A stretch of 64,000 nucleotides of DNA, taken from contig CM052817.1 in assembly GCA_028534125.1 (NCBI GenBank), positions 10,418,001 to 10,482,000 on the forward strand, read 5' to 3'. The DNA comes from Lama glama. Lineage: Eukaryota. Below are positions 1 to 13,122 of this stretch, one piece after another. The position numbers and the translations under genes were made by a program. Position 1 is the first letter of the stretch. Each line of letters starts with the position of its first letter. Below the pieces are notes generated by a model that did not search any database, was not told where the DNA came from, and saw nothing but the letters and a program-made list of their open reading frames with translations.

Positions 1-211
1 TCTACACATTGGATGATACTCCTTCCCTATCAGTAGAAGCTACATGCAGGGACCAATGCTGCTCATAGTGTAACAATAACAGCAACAAAATCTTCATTCT
101 CTTGGGAAATTGAAGGTACAGGATCAAAAAACATTGCTGTGAAACCTCAGTGCTTTCACACCCAGTTGAAGACACCACTTATTTTTTTAAGCTCATTTGA
201 ATCATTTAAAA

Positions 212-436
212 ATTTTTATTTAAATTTGTTTTATTGACGTATAGCTGATTTACAATGTTGTGTTAGTTTCTGGTGTACAGCATAGTGAATGTATATATAT
301 ATATACATATATATATATATGTATATATATATATTCCTTTTCAGATTCTTTTTCATTATGGGCTATTTCAAGGTATAGAACATAGTTCCCTGTGCTGTAC
401 AGTAGGACCTTGCTGTTTATCTATTTTATATATAGT
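212..436 (-). mobile_element. L1 3'UTR fragment (cetartiodactyl type) with internal (TA)n at about 291-333
   Basis: tacaatgttgtgttagtttctggtgtacagcatagtga...catagttccctgtgctgtacagtaggaccttgctgtttatctattttatatatagt is the reverse complement of the L1 3' ends at 5260-5440 and 44400-44640. Confidence 0.88.
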
Positions 437-769
437 GGTCCTGCTTATTTGAGTGGATAGACTTATTTAATGATAACAACAAAAGGTGATAAAGAGCACT
501 GAAAACACTCAATGACAATGATTATACATCTGAAATAACATTTGTATTGGAAAGGGGGTTCCAAATATATAGTACATGTCTCAGACTCCCTCCTGCCACC
601 CTTCTTGGCAGATGTCAATCATTAATTACTTTTCTTTTTTCCGATCTCTCATGTGGCTTTAGAATCTCAGTGTAGCATTCAAGGCAATGACCGATGTGTA
701 GGAGATGACACATTGAGTGAGACTTCTTTGGCTTCCTGGTGGAGTAACTTCGAGTTACACGTGCTTTTC

Positions 770-1180
770 AACATGCGTTATCATTTTAACCCTCACCTGT
801 GATGCAGTTACTGTGATTCACAAGGTACATGATCATCCACACATGAGAAAACCGGGGCTCCGAGAAATTGAGGCAGCTCATCAGTATCATATAAGAAGTA
901 AGAGGCAAAAGTGGAATTTGAGCCCTGATCCACTGCTCTCGACAGCGCAGGAGTATTGATTCTGCCGCTTCCGTGTGCCAGGCCCTTATAATTTGTAACT
1001 CATCTAATCTTATAAATGATAATCTGTGCCAACCTGTGAGACATCATTCTTTCTGATTTTCAGACAAGGAAAGCGGGGTTCGGAGAATTTAAACAACATG
1101 TTCAAGGCCATTATAGGCAATAAGGGGGTTAGGATCTGAAGCCACATTTCTCTGAATCTGAAGCACGTTTAGTTTTCTTA
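770..1180 (-). mobile_element. two adjacent decayed MIR SINEs (about 770-935 and 970-1180)
   Basis: MIR-core-like atgagaaaaccggggctccgagaaattga...ggaatttgagccc and cagacaaggaaagcggggttcggagaatttaaacaacatgttcaaggcca. Confidence 0.6.
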
Positions 1181-2014
1181 ACACGTGGTCTCCACAGCTC
1201 AGCCTCTGCTTTCAGAGAACACCATCGGGAGCAGGACATGGCAAAGGTGTTAGGAGTGGTGTTAAGGACAGCAGCACCAGTGCTCGACATTTGGAGAAAT
1301 GATTAAATTAGCCTCACACTGGAATATTTGTGGCTTCTATAAATGGTTAATAGGATGACTCTGTAGAAACATGAAAAAGTGTTTACCAAATACCATTAAG
1401 AGGTTGTATGTATACTGATTACATTTATGCAGAAATTATGCAGATAGATGGGTGAAGAGTAAGAGGAAACACAAAGAAAGTGTCTTTTGGCTGAGATACA
1501 GGATAAGAAGACGTTTTAAAGTTTGTATTAAACATAATACTTAAAAAAAGTTTATGTATCCAAGCATCAGGAAAAAACTGGCCAAAGGAAATAGACAAAA
1601 ATAACCACTCATGAAGAAATATGTCCTCGAAATTTGAAAGATTACATTTCCAAAATAATGAGCAGGGCATAACGACACTTAGAGTAAAAATTAAATACTG
1701 ATGCAGAACAAGGAGAAGTAGTGGTATCAGAATAACAACTTGACACTGGGAACTCGGAGTATTTTAAGTGGAACTTTTGCACACTCGAGCCATTTGGAAG
1801 CTGCCTGCCATGTTTCCTTCACTTCCTCAATGCATTCAACTCTTCTCCTTTTTAGATTTCATAGTGACGTTCTAGGTAGTGACTTTGAAAATGAATCACA
1901 CACTTTTTTCTAGCTGCTGTTGGGCAAGTGAATTTACCTGAGTTCTATTACTTTGTGTGTGTGTGTCGTTCAAAATCTGGTCTTCTATTTACCAAACTTC
2001 CATCCACCAACCAC

Positions 2015-2490
2015 CCATTCAAGAAACATTTACTGGGTGTTCATTGTGATCGAGACCTTGTGAGGCCTTAGAAATACAAGATAATCAATCTGTCTTCAGG
2101 TGGCTCTGAGTCTAGTGGAGTGACAATTCTCATGCAGCACCTACCAAGAGGGAGGCAGGAGACCATGTGTGCAGGGCTCCGGGGGAACTGGAGGAGCAGC
2201 TGCCCCCGCTAAGAGTCAACGAGAGATTCTCAGAGGAGGTGGTGGAGGATGAGTTCTGAAGGATGAGGAGTAGCCAGGCTGGGAAAATAGGATGGGAAGG
2301 GAGGGGCAGCAGCAGTGTTCCAGATAGTGAGTCAGACTGTGCTAAGGTGTGGAGGCCACAGAACAGGACCAGTTCAGGGAACTGCTGCTGGTTTGTGTGG
2401 CTGACATGACATGAGAGATGGGGCAGGGTCATGGGTGGGCCTGGGAAGCAGCAGAGACCCACTCATGGAGGGCCTTGAATGCCAAAGTCA
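2015..2490 (-). mobile_element. L2 3' region
   Basis: cattcaagaaacatttactgggtg tail motif followed by L2-like gagttctgaaggatgaggagtagccaggc...atggagggccttgaatgcca. Confidence 0.65.
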
Positions 2491-3409
2491 GAAGCAGAGC
2501 AACTGATTAGTGCACTAGAAACTGTAAACAAGCCCAACTTAAGTCATCTGCTGAGACCGACAAGGATGGGGTATCCTCAGGATATTAGGAGAGAAGGAAT
2601 ATTCTGGGAGGACCCGAGGTCCCCAGCTGAGGGTGGATGACGTGAACTAGAAACAGATTTATTCATAACAGTATCTTCAACTTCCTGCAAAGGTGTAGGT
2701 GCTTTATCCCTTCTTGGAAACACCCCCACACCATCCCTTTTGTGGCTGGCACATGGTAGATGCCACCCAAAATGTCCCTTGGTTAGATAATTGACTTAAA
2801 ACTTATAAACCAAACCAAACTACTCCAAATCTTCAAGGAGGTTTTCAACTGTATAAACCAGTGATGTCCCTGCAGCACGGACAGTGAACAAGGACCGCCC
2901 GCTCTATCACTGATGGGAGATGAGTGAAACAGTACACTGCACCCCTGGCCATCGTGGAAGCTTGTGCAGGTTTCCTTTAAAGGCTTACGGATGTGGTTCC
3001 TGCATGACCAATCCACATTCTCTTTATGGGACAAGAAGTGACATAGACATCAATTACTTCTCCTCCAATTTTAAAGTCTTATTCTTTACAGCTATTTAAT
3101 GGTTCCTCCACACAGTAAACATTCACATGTAAGAACTGCATATAAGAAATGTTGAAATGATGGCAATTTCAAACCCTGAGTTGGAGAGGGCTTTCACTCT
3201 GATGAAAGGCAAGGGGAGAATTAAGGAAGAAGAATCAGACTCCTGGGGGTGCTGGCCCACGAGAGCTCTTCTCGTAAGCTCTGAATACAGGAGAATCCAA
3301 TGAACAACTTGATTCTACCCAGGAGAAAGGACCAGACACCCTTATGAGAGCACACTTGGCAAAGAGAAGGGAGATCCAAGTGAATTTATCTCACTAGAAT
3401 CCAGTGAGG

Positions 3410-3540
3410 GGGTCTTATGCCTTATTTCCCAAAAAAGGAAACAGGCTGAGAGAGGTCAAGTAACTTGCCCAGGGTCACACAGCTAGCAAATAGCTTTCCT
3501 CAGACACATACTCTTGTCTTTCTGACTCTCAAGTCCAGGA
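3410..3540 (-). mobile_element. MIR
   Basis: ggaaacaggctgagagaggtcaagtaacttgcccagggtcacacagctagcaa. Confidence 0.75.
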
Positions 3541-5023
3541 CTTGGTAGGCTGGGAGGCAACAGAGGGAAGACAAGCAGTCGACACTCAAATCAAATGCCA
3601 ACAGCTGTTCTGTTGTCACTTCCAAAGCATCAGGTTGCCAGCATCCCCCCCCAGGGTGCTGCCAGGAGTGCAGCTCACCTGCATTCGCACTGCACCCAAG
3701 CTGCGCTGCGGTGCTTCGCTGGCTCCTTCCTCCAACGAGGGGAGCTGCCTGGTCCCACTGACTTATTCAGCAGGCCTCCCTGAGAATGCGGGAAATTGCA
3801 TGGGAACAAATGAGCTTGTTTTGGCAAACCTGGGTGGTTATAACTGCTTACCTTCTATATTGCTTAATTTTGTTTCATGAAAGACAAAGCTTATTGAAAT
3901 TTCAGATGTCTGGGGTATTTAAAATCTTTATCCCTCCTTTCCAAAGCAGGGTACACTGATTTGTAAAATTCTCCTCCTGATTTAGAAGGCCTTGGATAAA
4001 TATTGGCCAACATAACTGTCTAAACTCTTTTTCTGATACTGAGCCTGATTATTGAAGTTCCTCATTCACTAGATTTAAACAACACTTCACATGACCTGAG
4101 GCTTAAGGCAAAGGCCCAGCTCCAGGATGGGGAATCTCCAGGTTTTAAAGTCGTTTCATAAATGAATGTATTTTTGACTGCTCAGCTATCCTACAAATAT
4201 TAGGTGATGAGAGTACTAGGCGAATCTTAGATTCTGGTTCTAAACTGAAGAAATAAACTTTGTTTCTCATTCTTAGTGAAACTAACCAGGCAGGTCTCAT
4301 CACAGAAGCCTGTGTATCCTGGTTTTGGGCCCTGAGTTTGAGATTGTGCTCAGTCATGACTAGCCCAGGGTCCCACAGCTGTGGGTAGGAGGTTGGCTTC
4401 GATCTTGACCGCCTTCCTGAGGCCCATGGATCCTTCCCTGGGCGCTCACGGGCCCTGTCCATTCTTCTGTGTCAGCCCGCCTCACTGGAGCTGTCATTAA
4501 CCTCACGCCGCCAGCCTTGCCCACCAGCCTGTGAGCACCAACCCCAGAAGGAGGCCACATCTCCATAACGAGGGCCTGGCCCAGTGCCAGGAAGACAAGT
4601 GTGCTCAATATGTGTCCTGACCCAATCAACAGATGGGAAAAGGATTGCGGGAAGGGAGGCAGGAAAGGCAGGTGGCCGCTGAACCCGGATGCACGAGCCG
4701 GGAAGTCAAGTCGTGTTAGGTAGACCCAGAGTGGGAGAAGAGAGCCACATGCCATGTTGCTCAAGTGGCTCCAGTCTGAAGAACAATGATGGGCACATAG
4801 TAGGTGCTCAGTAAATTACGAGAACAGACACTAAGTGGGCACTTTCTGCCCCAGGCCCTGGGCTAAGCCCTCTACATGGACTGTCTCACTTAATACTCAG
4901 TAAATCCTACAAGAAGCTGATACCACTTTTGGCAAAGTAGATTAAGGACCCAGTGAGAGGTGCTGACTTCCCTGTCGAGGCAGGAAAGACACTGTGCAGC
5001 TCCTAACTGCATCACCATTCTAC

Positions 5024-5455
5024 GCAGTAATGCCATTTGCAACAACAGGGATGGACCTAGAGATTACCATACTAAGTGAAGTAAGTCAGCGGAAGACAAG
5101 TAGCATTTGATATCAATTATACATTCAATCTAAAAAAAAAAGATACACATGAACTTACTTCCAAAACAGAAACAGGCCTACAGACACAGAAAACAAACTT
5201 ATGGTTACCAAAGGAAAAGGAGGGGGATAAATTAAAGTTTGGGACTAACAGATTCACATTACTGTATATAAAATAGATAAACAGCAAGGTCCTACTGTAT
5301 AGTACAGGGAACTATATTCAATATCTTGTAACAAACTATAAGGGAAAAGAATCTGAAAAAGAATATATATGTATAACTGAATCACTTTGTTGTACACCTG
5401 AAACTAACACAGCATTGTAAGTCGACTATATTTCAATAAAAAAATTGAAAGAAAA
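5024..5455 (+). mobile_element. 5'-truncated L1 (ORF2 end + 3'UTR + A-rich tail) with 13-bp TSD
   Basis: tgccatttgcaacaacagggatggacctagagattaccatactaagtgaagtaagtcag...tttcaataaaaaaattgaaagaaaa; identical ATCACCATTCTAC at 5011-5023 and 5456-5468. Confidence 0.93.
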
Positions 5456-6005
5456 ATCACCATTCTACAGTCTTCCTAGAAAGGCAGCAGTTTTGCCATG
5501 AAGTACATAGATTCTAGAGTTCAAGTCCTGGTTCTGTCCCTTGGGAGTGTAAAGCAGAGTGACAGACCTTGCTTATACCCTCTGTGCCCGGCTCTCTGAC
5601 AGGGAAGGCTCTGGTGCACATGGGCCACCATGAAGTCTAGCTACCCTGGGACATGTGCACCTGGCCCAGCATGCAGCCGGTACTGCCTGAAATGGTGGCC
5701 TCTGAAATGCTCTTCTGTGTTGTACAAAACCATAAATGGTTTCCTGTGTCATTGTCAGCAGAGGGGTTGATATTGTTCCTCCTCTGCAGGCATGATGTTC
5801 TCAGCCTTTCTGGGATGGAATCAGAGAACTGGGGGACCCTTGGGCTGTGTTGACTCCAGGGTGGAGGTCACCATGTTACTGATGACAGTTGAGAGGAGCT
5901 AGGGGGTTGAGGGGGAGGGTGAGAGTGTGGTAGGGAAGAAGGAAATTTAGCATATATTAATCTGTGCTAAATGCAGCTAAAAGATGTCATCAAGAATCTG
6001 TCCAA

Positions 6006-7427
6006 TACAATGGAGGAAAGACAGTCTCTTCAGCAAATGGTGTTGGGAAAACTGGACAGATCCATGTAAATTAAAGAAGCTAGAACACTCCCTCACACCA
6101 TACACAAAGTAAACCATACACCATACATAAAAATCAACTCAAAATGGCTTAAAGACTTAAACATAAGACAAGACACTATCAACCTCTTAGAAGAAAACAT
6201 AGGCAAAACATTCTCTGACATAAATCTTAGCAATGTTCTCCTGGGGCCGTCTACCCAGGCAATAGAAATAAAGGCAAAAATAAACAAATGAACCTAATTA
6301 AGCTTACAAGCTTTCGCTCAGCAAAGGAAACCACAAGCAAAACAAAAAGACAACCCATGGAATGGGAGAAAATATTTGCAAAAGATGAGACTGACAGGGG
6401 CTTAATTTCTCAAATATATAAACAGTTCATACAACTCAATAAGGAAAAATAAGCAACCCAACTCAAAAAAGGGCAGAAGACCTAAACAAACAATTCTCCA
6501 ATAAAAACATACAAATAGCCAACAGACACATGAAACAATGCCCAATATCACTAATTACCAGAGAAATGCAAATCAATACTACAATTAGGTATCACTTCAC
6601 ACCAGTCAGAATGGCCATCATTAAAAAGTTCACAGATGATGAATGCTGGAGAGGGGGTGGAGAAAAGGGAACCCTTCTACACTGTTGGTGGGAATGCAGT
6701 TTGGTGCAGCCGCTGTGGAAAACAGCGTGGAGATTCCTCAAAAGACTAGGAATAGACTTACCGTTTGATCCAGCAATCCCACTCCTGGGCATATATCCAG
6801 AGGGGAATTTAATTTGAAGAGATAAATGCACCCTAATGTTCAAAGAAGCACTATTTACAATAGCCAAGACATGGAAACAACGTAAATGTCCATTGACAGA
6901 TGACTGGATAAAGAAGTTGTGGTATATTTTTACAATGGAATACTGCTCAGCCATAAACAATAATCATATAATGCCATTTGCAGCAACATGGATGGACCTG
7001 GAGATTGTCACTCTAAGTGAAGTGAGCCAGAAAGAAACTACCATAGAGTATCACTTTTTTGTGGAATCTGAAAAAAAAAAATACTAGTGAACTTATTTAC
7101 AAAACAGAAATAGACTCACAGACATAGAAAACAAACTTATGGTTATGGGCTGGGGTGGGGAAGGGCGTGGGAAGGGATAAATTGGGAGTTCGAGATTTGT
7201 AGATACTAGCTAATATATATATAAAATAGATAAACAACAAGTTCATACTGTATAGTGCAGGGAACTATATTCAATATCTTGTAATAACTTATGGTGAAAA
7301 AGAATATGAAACTGAATACATGTATGTATGTGTATGACTGAAGCATTATACTGTACACCAGAAATTAACACAACATTGTAAACTGACTATACTTCAAATA
7401 TATATACATGTATATACACACACACAA
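6006..7427 (+). mobile_element. 5'-truncated L1, about 1.4 kb, broken ORF2 C-terminus + 3'UTR
   Basis: ORF fragments [23 protein letters not shown]...CWRG...[18 protein letters not shown] (6530-6817) and [24 protein letters not shown]...MPFAATWMDLE (6836-7087) are the L1 ORF2 C-terminal region, separated by a stop and with disrupted frame upstream. Possible degraded TSD aagaatctgtccaa / aagatcggtccaa. Confidence 0.95.
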
Positions 7428-8159
7428 AAGAAGATCGGTCCAAGATCTCAGCAGAGAGTTAGCAACCAAGTCTAGGATAGATTCCAAAGTCCCATATTCC
7501 TACGTGGGGTCAGCTGAGGACACACAGTGCGGAACTTCTATCTGCCTACGGAGAGGCATCTTCAGATGGTTAAACTAAACCTCTTCCGGTCTCTGACAGA
7601 CGGAATGCCCAGCAGTGTGGGGCAGCCTTCTGAATTTCCATGGAAAGAACAGCCCCGCAGACCCCCACTTTCCCGGGCCTTGCTGCCCACCCCACTGTGC
7701 CAGCAGCCCTGCAGAGGGCCTGATTCCAGATACAGAGCCTGGAGGTTTAGGAGAACAGAGCCTCAGCCACCCAGGCTGGGAGCACTCCCCTGTTGACCTA
7801 TCCTCCTGGGAAGACTCTGGTTTTCCCCTGAGCAGGGACTAGAGGGCTATTTAGTGGAGAACCACCTGGCTCAGGGCCGCCAAAATAGTGGGCATGTTGG
7901 GGTCAGCTGGTGGCGAGCAAAGTTGATGATGGCTCTTGCCACCCCTAGATTTGGATCTGGAGTACCTAAACTGGATGGAGAAAGACACTTTTCCCTCCAC
8001 CCAGGAAGGGAACCCTGCCATCTTCACGTTGAATTCTTTCCAAGGCTCCTGGCCCAGTAGCCTGGCCAGACAGTTGCTCTAAGACCTAGCTCCCAACCAA
8101 CTCTCTATCCCACTTCTCCTGGCTTCTCCGGCTTCTCCCTTCATGTCCCTGCATCACCA

Positions 8160-8475
8160 GACTGCTTGGAATTCCATCCCCTAACCTGTGCCCCTTCTTC
8201 TCCCTCTGATGGAAGTGTCCTTCCGCCCCCTTCTTTATTCATTCTTTCATACTCAACTCAGGCATCACCTCCTCCATGAAGCCTTCTCTGACTGATTCTT
8301 CTGTCTCGTACTCCCATAATTCCATCTGGAAATGTCTATCATGGTGTTTACCATTTTGTATATAATGTCCTCTCTTTGTGGGTCTGGCCCTCATAAGAGA
8401 GAGTTTCTTGATAACAGGTGTCATGAGTGCTGTCTGTGAATTTTCAGCATTTAGAGCTGCGCCCGGCACATCACA
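8160..8475 (+). mobile_element. L2 3' fragment
   Basis: actcaactcaggcatcacctcctccatgaagccttctctgact...cagcatttagagctgcgcccggcaca. Confidence 0.65.
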
Positions 8476-9441
8476 ATGAAGCCATGACTTGGAAACCTTT
8501 GTCCGAATCATTCTTCACTCACAGAAGAGAAAGTCTGGCCAAAGCATGTCAGCATTTCAACATATGCAAACTTGATTATACTCAGAGGATGGTGAATACA
8601 AAACAAATTCACAAATCTGCACTTAAGGGTAAAGAAATGATAACATAAACAGTGATGGGGTGGAGCACTGGAGAAGCGAGCTGCTATATCATGACAGTGA
8701 AGGACGCCAGCAACTCAGAGGCAAAGAGAAGGGGGACGTGGCCACTAGCTTTGTGTTGATTCCGGAGGACAATGGTTGCTTTATGAAGGAAACCATATCC
8801 TTCACTTACAACATGATGACTGCAAATCCACACTAAGAACCGGTGTGATATCTGTTACCTTGTTAGACCAAAGACGGAGGCTCTAAGTATCACGTGGGCA
8901 CAGAGTTTTGCCTAACACTTCATTTTTTTAAATAAGAATTGACTTTCTATCCAAACCAGAAAATCTGTTACATGTTACGCAGAGTCCCCAAGAAACCTTA
9001 GAAATAAAATGTCTGTGTTACAGCTTAGAGGTGAATTTCTTCAGGGAACTCTCTCTGGAGGGCACATTGAGCCTCCTAGGGGGTGATCAGTGCCTCGATA
9101 GAGAGGCAGAGGCCATGAACTCAACAGCAGCACATTAGAAACTTGAGATGGCCAGCACAGACACAGCGCCAAAGCATTTTATGAGAGAAGCATTGCTAGC
9201 CTTCGAGTGATTTCTTCCAAGAGTCATTCAAACACAGAGAAGAAGCTCAACCTTGACAAAGACTAGGTTTGATGGTTTGTTAATTAAACCCAATCATCCG
9301 TTGAACACACACACACACGTGGTACAGGACATATATATCATGCTCTATTTTCTCATTTTAATTCCTTGGCTGAAGATGCATATAAACCTCTAAAATACTT
9401 TTCAAACTCAGCAGGAAATATAATCAACCTGTTGGTCTTAC

Positions 9442-9525
9442 CCTGAGGTAGTTGAGGGTGAAATTTGTTAGCCCCATCCTGGTGATGTTTTTGGAAAGCT
9501 GATCCAGGACCTGAGGATCTTGTGC
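9442..9525 (-). CDS. LDB2: LDB2 internal coding exon (probably exon 5), 84 bp, phase 0/0
   Basis: Not in the ORF track; read by hand as GCA CAA GAT CCT CAG GTC CTG ... TAC CTC AGG = AQDPQVLDQLSKNITRMGLTNFTLNYLR (28 aa), the expected continuation after ...ILAMH. Acceptor T-tract + CCTATTTAG (AG at 9527-9526); donor AGG|GTAAGA (GT at 9441-9440). Confidence 0.96.
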
Positions 9526-10714
9526 CTAAATAGGAAAAAAAAATTATACATTTTATCCCTGCAAGATGGTACCAAGAGAGTCTTCAAGTGTGCTACAGCT
9601 GCAAAGACATGCAATCTTCACATTGTCGATTTTTCTCGGAGGGGTAGGTTGCTGGAGATAATTTAATTTACATTTCAGAGACACTTGCAATATAAAGCTC
9701 AAGGACATTTTTGGATCAGTGGCGCAAGACTCATTGCCAAGGAGAACCAAACTGAGTCAGATGCGCTTTCAGTGCTGGGGAGAAACGATTTTACTTCCTT
9801 GATGAGAGGCCCTGTGTCTTCAGGAGGAGGGTCATTTAGCCCGGCCAGTGCACCTCCAGGACCGTGGAGTCCCCAAGGAAGGCGGGGCCTCTGGATTTGG
9901 CAGAACCCTGCTTTAGGCCTGTCTTTTGTTTCCTGTTGTGATGGTGTTGTATTAACAGCTTGGAGTCGAGGGCTATATTTGAAAATGTTGCAATTGTCAT
10001 GAAATATACATGCAGGTGTTTATGAATTCTAACTCTCCTCCCTATAAGCTGAGGCTCGAAATAAATGTCCTCAACATTTCATCCTGCAGGACTATAAGGG
10101 TAAGCACCATATTTTCCAAAATATCAGCCACATTAAAAAAAAAAAAAGATGTAATGTTTAATGTTTGGGCATCCCAAATATTCTGTTTGACCAGGAAAAA
10201 AAAGAAAATTCTTTCTGGGTTCCACTTTATGGCGATCTCTTGGTTGATGATCTTTTTTTCACTTGTCTTTCCTTCTTCCTTAATTGGTATAATTCCCTAA
10301 ACAGAGGGAGTCTTCAGTAAACATCCCTTTGTCTCCACGTCTGCATCCACGAGACTATGTAGGTTACACCAACACTTTCATTTATTCTTTTTCGTACATA
10401 ATTTTCCTCACAGTGTTACAACCAGTTGGCTTTGCGTATATACAATTAAAAAAACACAAAATGTAGGAGAAAACAGAGCTTATCACTTTTTATGTCAATT
10501 TCTGGAAAGGGGGTCCTTTGTGGACATGGAGCTGGTGTTAACTGAACCCTTAGCAGGTTCCAGGAAGAGCTGGTTCTATAGAGACGCAGTAGTAATTGTG
10601 GCCGACCTCAAGGAGCTTACACTGTAGTCGGAAGACAGGATAATCATAAGTGCACGGAAGGATGTTTTTGCTGCTGTTGCTGCCGCGGGGGCTGAGAGCC
10701 AGTGGCCAGTACTT

Positions 10715-10905
10715 GCAGAGGTCCTGCTGTGTGCCAGGCGCTATCCTAAGTGCTTACGTACATTAACTCTTAATCCTCAAACCAGCCCTCTGAGGCAGGC
10801 TCTGTTACTGTCCTCATTTTATGGATGAGGGACTGATAGCACAAGATGTCATGTCACTCGCCCAAGACCACAGAGGAACAAGGATTCAAACCCATGCAGC
10901 CTCAT
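10715..10905 (-). mobile_element. MIR
   Basis: gtgtgccaggcgctatcctaagtgcttac...taatcctcaaaccagccctctgaggcagg...cattttatggatgagggactga...cgcccaagaccacag...ggattcaaaccca. Confidence 0.8.
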
Positions 10906-11214
10906 TCCAGGGCCCAGGCTCCCACCCTCTACTCTCGGCTGCCTCTCGGTCTGTTTTGAGACTAATCAGAGTGGCCACCTGAGACTGCTCCACAGAGAGT
11001 GGAGGATGTGAACTGGGCTTTGAAAAGTGCGAAGGACTTGGGGCGTGGAAAGGCAGAAAGAATGGAGTGGGAGGGTGTGGGTGCCACAGCAGAAACACAA
11101 GGCCATTGGAGAGGGTAGGGATTGCATTAACCAGTTGGGAGGAGGGTGTTGAGGACAAAAGCCTGGGAAGACAGCCTGGGGCTGGACAGTGGGGAGACAG
11201 ACAGCTTCCCAGCC

Positions 11215-11435
11215 TGTGTTTTGGAGTCAGAACCAGTTGAACTGAAATCTTGATTTATCACTTTTGGGCTGAAAAACATTGGGCAACTTACTAAACCTCT
11301 CTGAGCCTCCGTTTCCTCACTTTTAAGACAGGAATCATAATAAGTCACCTCTTTGAGTTTCTGTTGGTATTAACGATCACGTGCACAAAATGCGTAGTAC
11401 ACGGCCTGGCGTTGCGAACACCCAGTAAACGCGTG
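11215..11435 (+). mobile_element. MIR
   Basis: ttggagtcagaac...gggcaacttactaaacctctctgagcctccgtttcctcacttttaagacaggaatcataataa. Confidence 0.8.
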
Positions 11436-12211
11436 CTGCTGGGACTGCGCTCTCTTTGTGTCGCACAGGGTCTTAAAAATCAGGCTCATTAAGTCTGATT
11501 TTGCTCCAAAGCATTTTTGTAGAAACTGTGGCATCGTGCATTCTGGAAGAGGGATTTATTTAGGTCGATACCTTTTAACTCCTTCTTAAGGGACTGATCT
11601 GACGAGTTCCTATCAAGTCTTACCTTTAAAACATCTCTCTAGATTGGCATCAACTCCACCTTTGCACTCAGCTGGGGCTCAGTAAATTCGATGTGATTTA
11701 TGGCCAAATGAAGCCAAGAGGACCCCAGATATTCCATTTCTTTCCAATGCAGTAGTTAGGAAAGGAACGGGCAGAGATCTGAGGTCCGTGTGCCCCACGT
11801 CTTGTCAGATGGTTCTAATCAAAACTGGGAACTGTTTTTTTTACTTCTTGTTTTATTTTTTTCCCCCACTTATACCTAACAGCTTTATTAGCCCAGGCAG
11901 AGCAGTACTTGATAATGACTGAATGGAATTTAAGAAAAGTACAAACTGTTTATTGAGGTAACCTCAATTTGGAGTTTAAAATAATAAAGTATTAAAAAAA
12001 AAAGTCTCACAATGCACCAAACTCAGAAACAAAGGAGACAAGAAAGGGCATGTGGATGCAAACAATTGAGGGAAAAACTCAAAATTTAGAGTTAATTACC
12101 TAAAATGTAAAGACTGCAGGAGTTCTTTCACAGCCAGGGAACAGGGTTTGTTCTTTTTGAGTAAAATGAGGGGCTAAAAGGAAAAAAAGTGAAATAGAAA
12201 TTGTTACTTAC

Positions 12212-12334
12212 ATGCATGGCTAGAATGCTTCTTGGGACTAACTCTCTGTATTGTCTAATGGTAAAGTGCCAGGTTTTTATTCTCATGAGATCATCAAAGG
12301 TGAACTCCAAGATCAGTCTGCCTTCTGTACACAC
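12212..12334 (-). CDS. LDB2: LDB2 internal coding exon (probably exon 4), 123 bp, phase 0/0
   Basis: Encodes VCTEGRLILEFTFDDLMRIKTWHFTIRQYRELVPRSILAMH (41 aa), in frame with the previous exon. Acceptor TTTTTCGTCACTTCCAG (AG at 12336-12335); donor CAT|GTAAGT (GT at 12211-12210). Confidence 0.97.
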
Positions 12335-13122
12335 CTGGAAGTGACGAAAAACAGGCTCAGTTGTTACGGACTTTGTGATCGCCACATTTTTATAACTCAC
12401 GTGTCAGCCACTCAGCGTGGTCTCCCTGACCACCCAGGGGTGGCGCTGGAGCTCAACAAAGGCGTGACACAAATGATGTATTCACGGAGAACCGAGACAG
12501 GTATGAGCTCCGGATCTGGGTTGAGGGCAGGTCGAAAGACAGCACAGCTGCTCACCAGCCGTGAGCTGTTGTAACTTGACTAGTTACTTCTGACACTTCA
12601 TGAGCCTGTTTCTTGTAAATATGAGACAAAACCTATCTCACAGTGATGCTGTGTCTAAAACTCCTGGCACAGTGTGTCCCCCACAAAATTGGTACCCTTT
12701 CACCTCCTTTTTTCTCCACTTTCATCACCCTTCTACCATAGGAGTTAGAGCTCTGTTCTAATCTTGGTGATCCTACTCTGGGCGAAGGTATCTAGTGAAA
12801 GTATTCCTGTTTAAGTATGCGTTACTACAAGGTTGCCGAATCAGAGGAAAATTTCATTTCCAAAGAGAAATGCCAGGGGGCAATGCTTAACCCAAGGGCA
12901 CAAGTATCAGTTACTGACATGTAGAAAATAGAGGCAAGTGCAGAGTATATCCCTTGAATCCCATCTTATCAGCAATGAGAAATCCTGCTTGCATAAAGGG
13001 TCAGGTCTTGGGGAACCCAGGTAATTCTTTCTAAGAAAAATATGTATTATTAATGGAACATAGCAGAGTTTCTGAGGCTCAGAAACTCCTTGATAGAGTG
13101 ATGAGTGACAGGGTAGCATTTT

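Larger units (their letters stand above)
1..9441 (-). other. LDB2: 5' part of the LDB2 intron downstream of the 84-bp exon (probably intron 5)
   Basis: Starts at donor GT 9441-9440; the next expected exon (LCVILEPMQ...) is not seen in 1-9441. Confidence 0.8.

Noticed and set aside
6530..7087. L1 ORF2-like ORFs as a functional gene
   Set aside because: 5'-truncated and interrupted by a stop; no endonuclease or reverse-transcriptase core present.
10715..11435. Oppositely oriented MIR pair as a dsRNA stem
   Set aside because: Copies look too diverged by eye and do not bracket an exon.
12128..12400. Full 90-aa ORF (and the 112-aa ORF at 19411-19749) as single-exon genes
   Set aside because: Only the splice-site-bounded cores match LDB2; the extensions are intron read-through.
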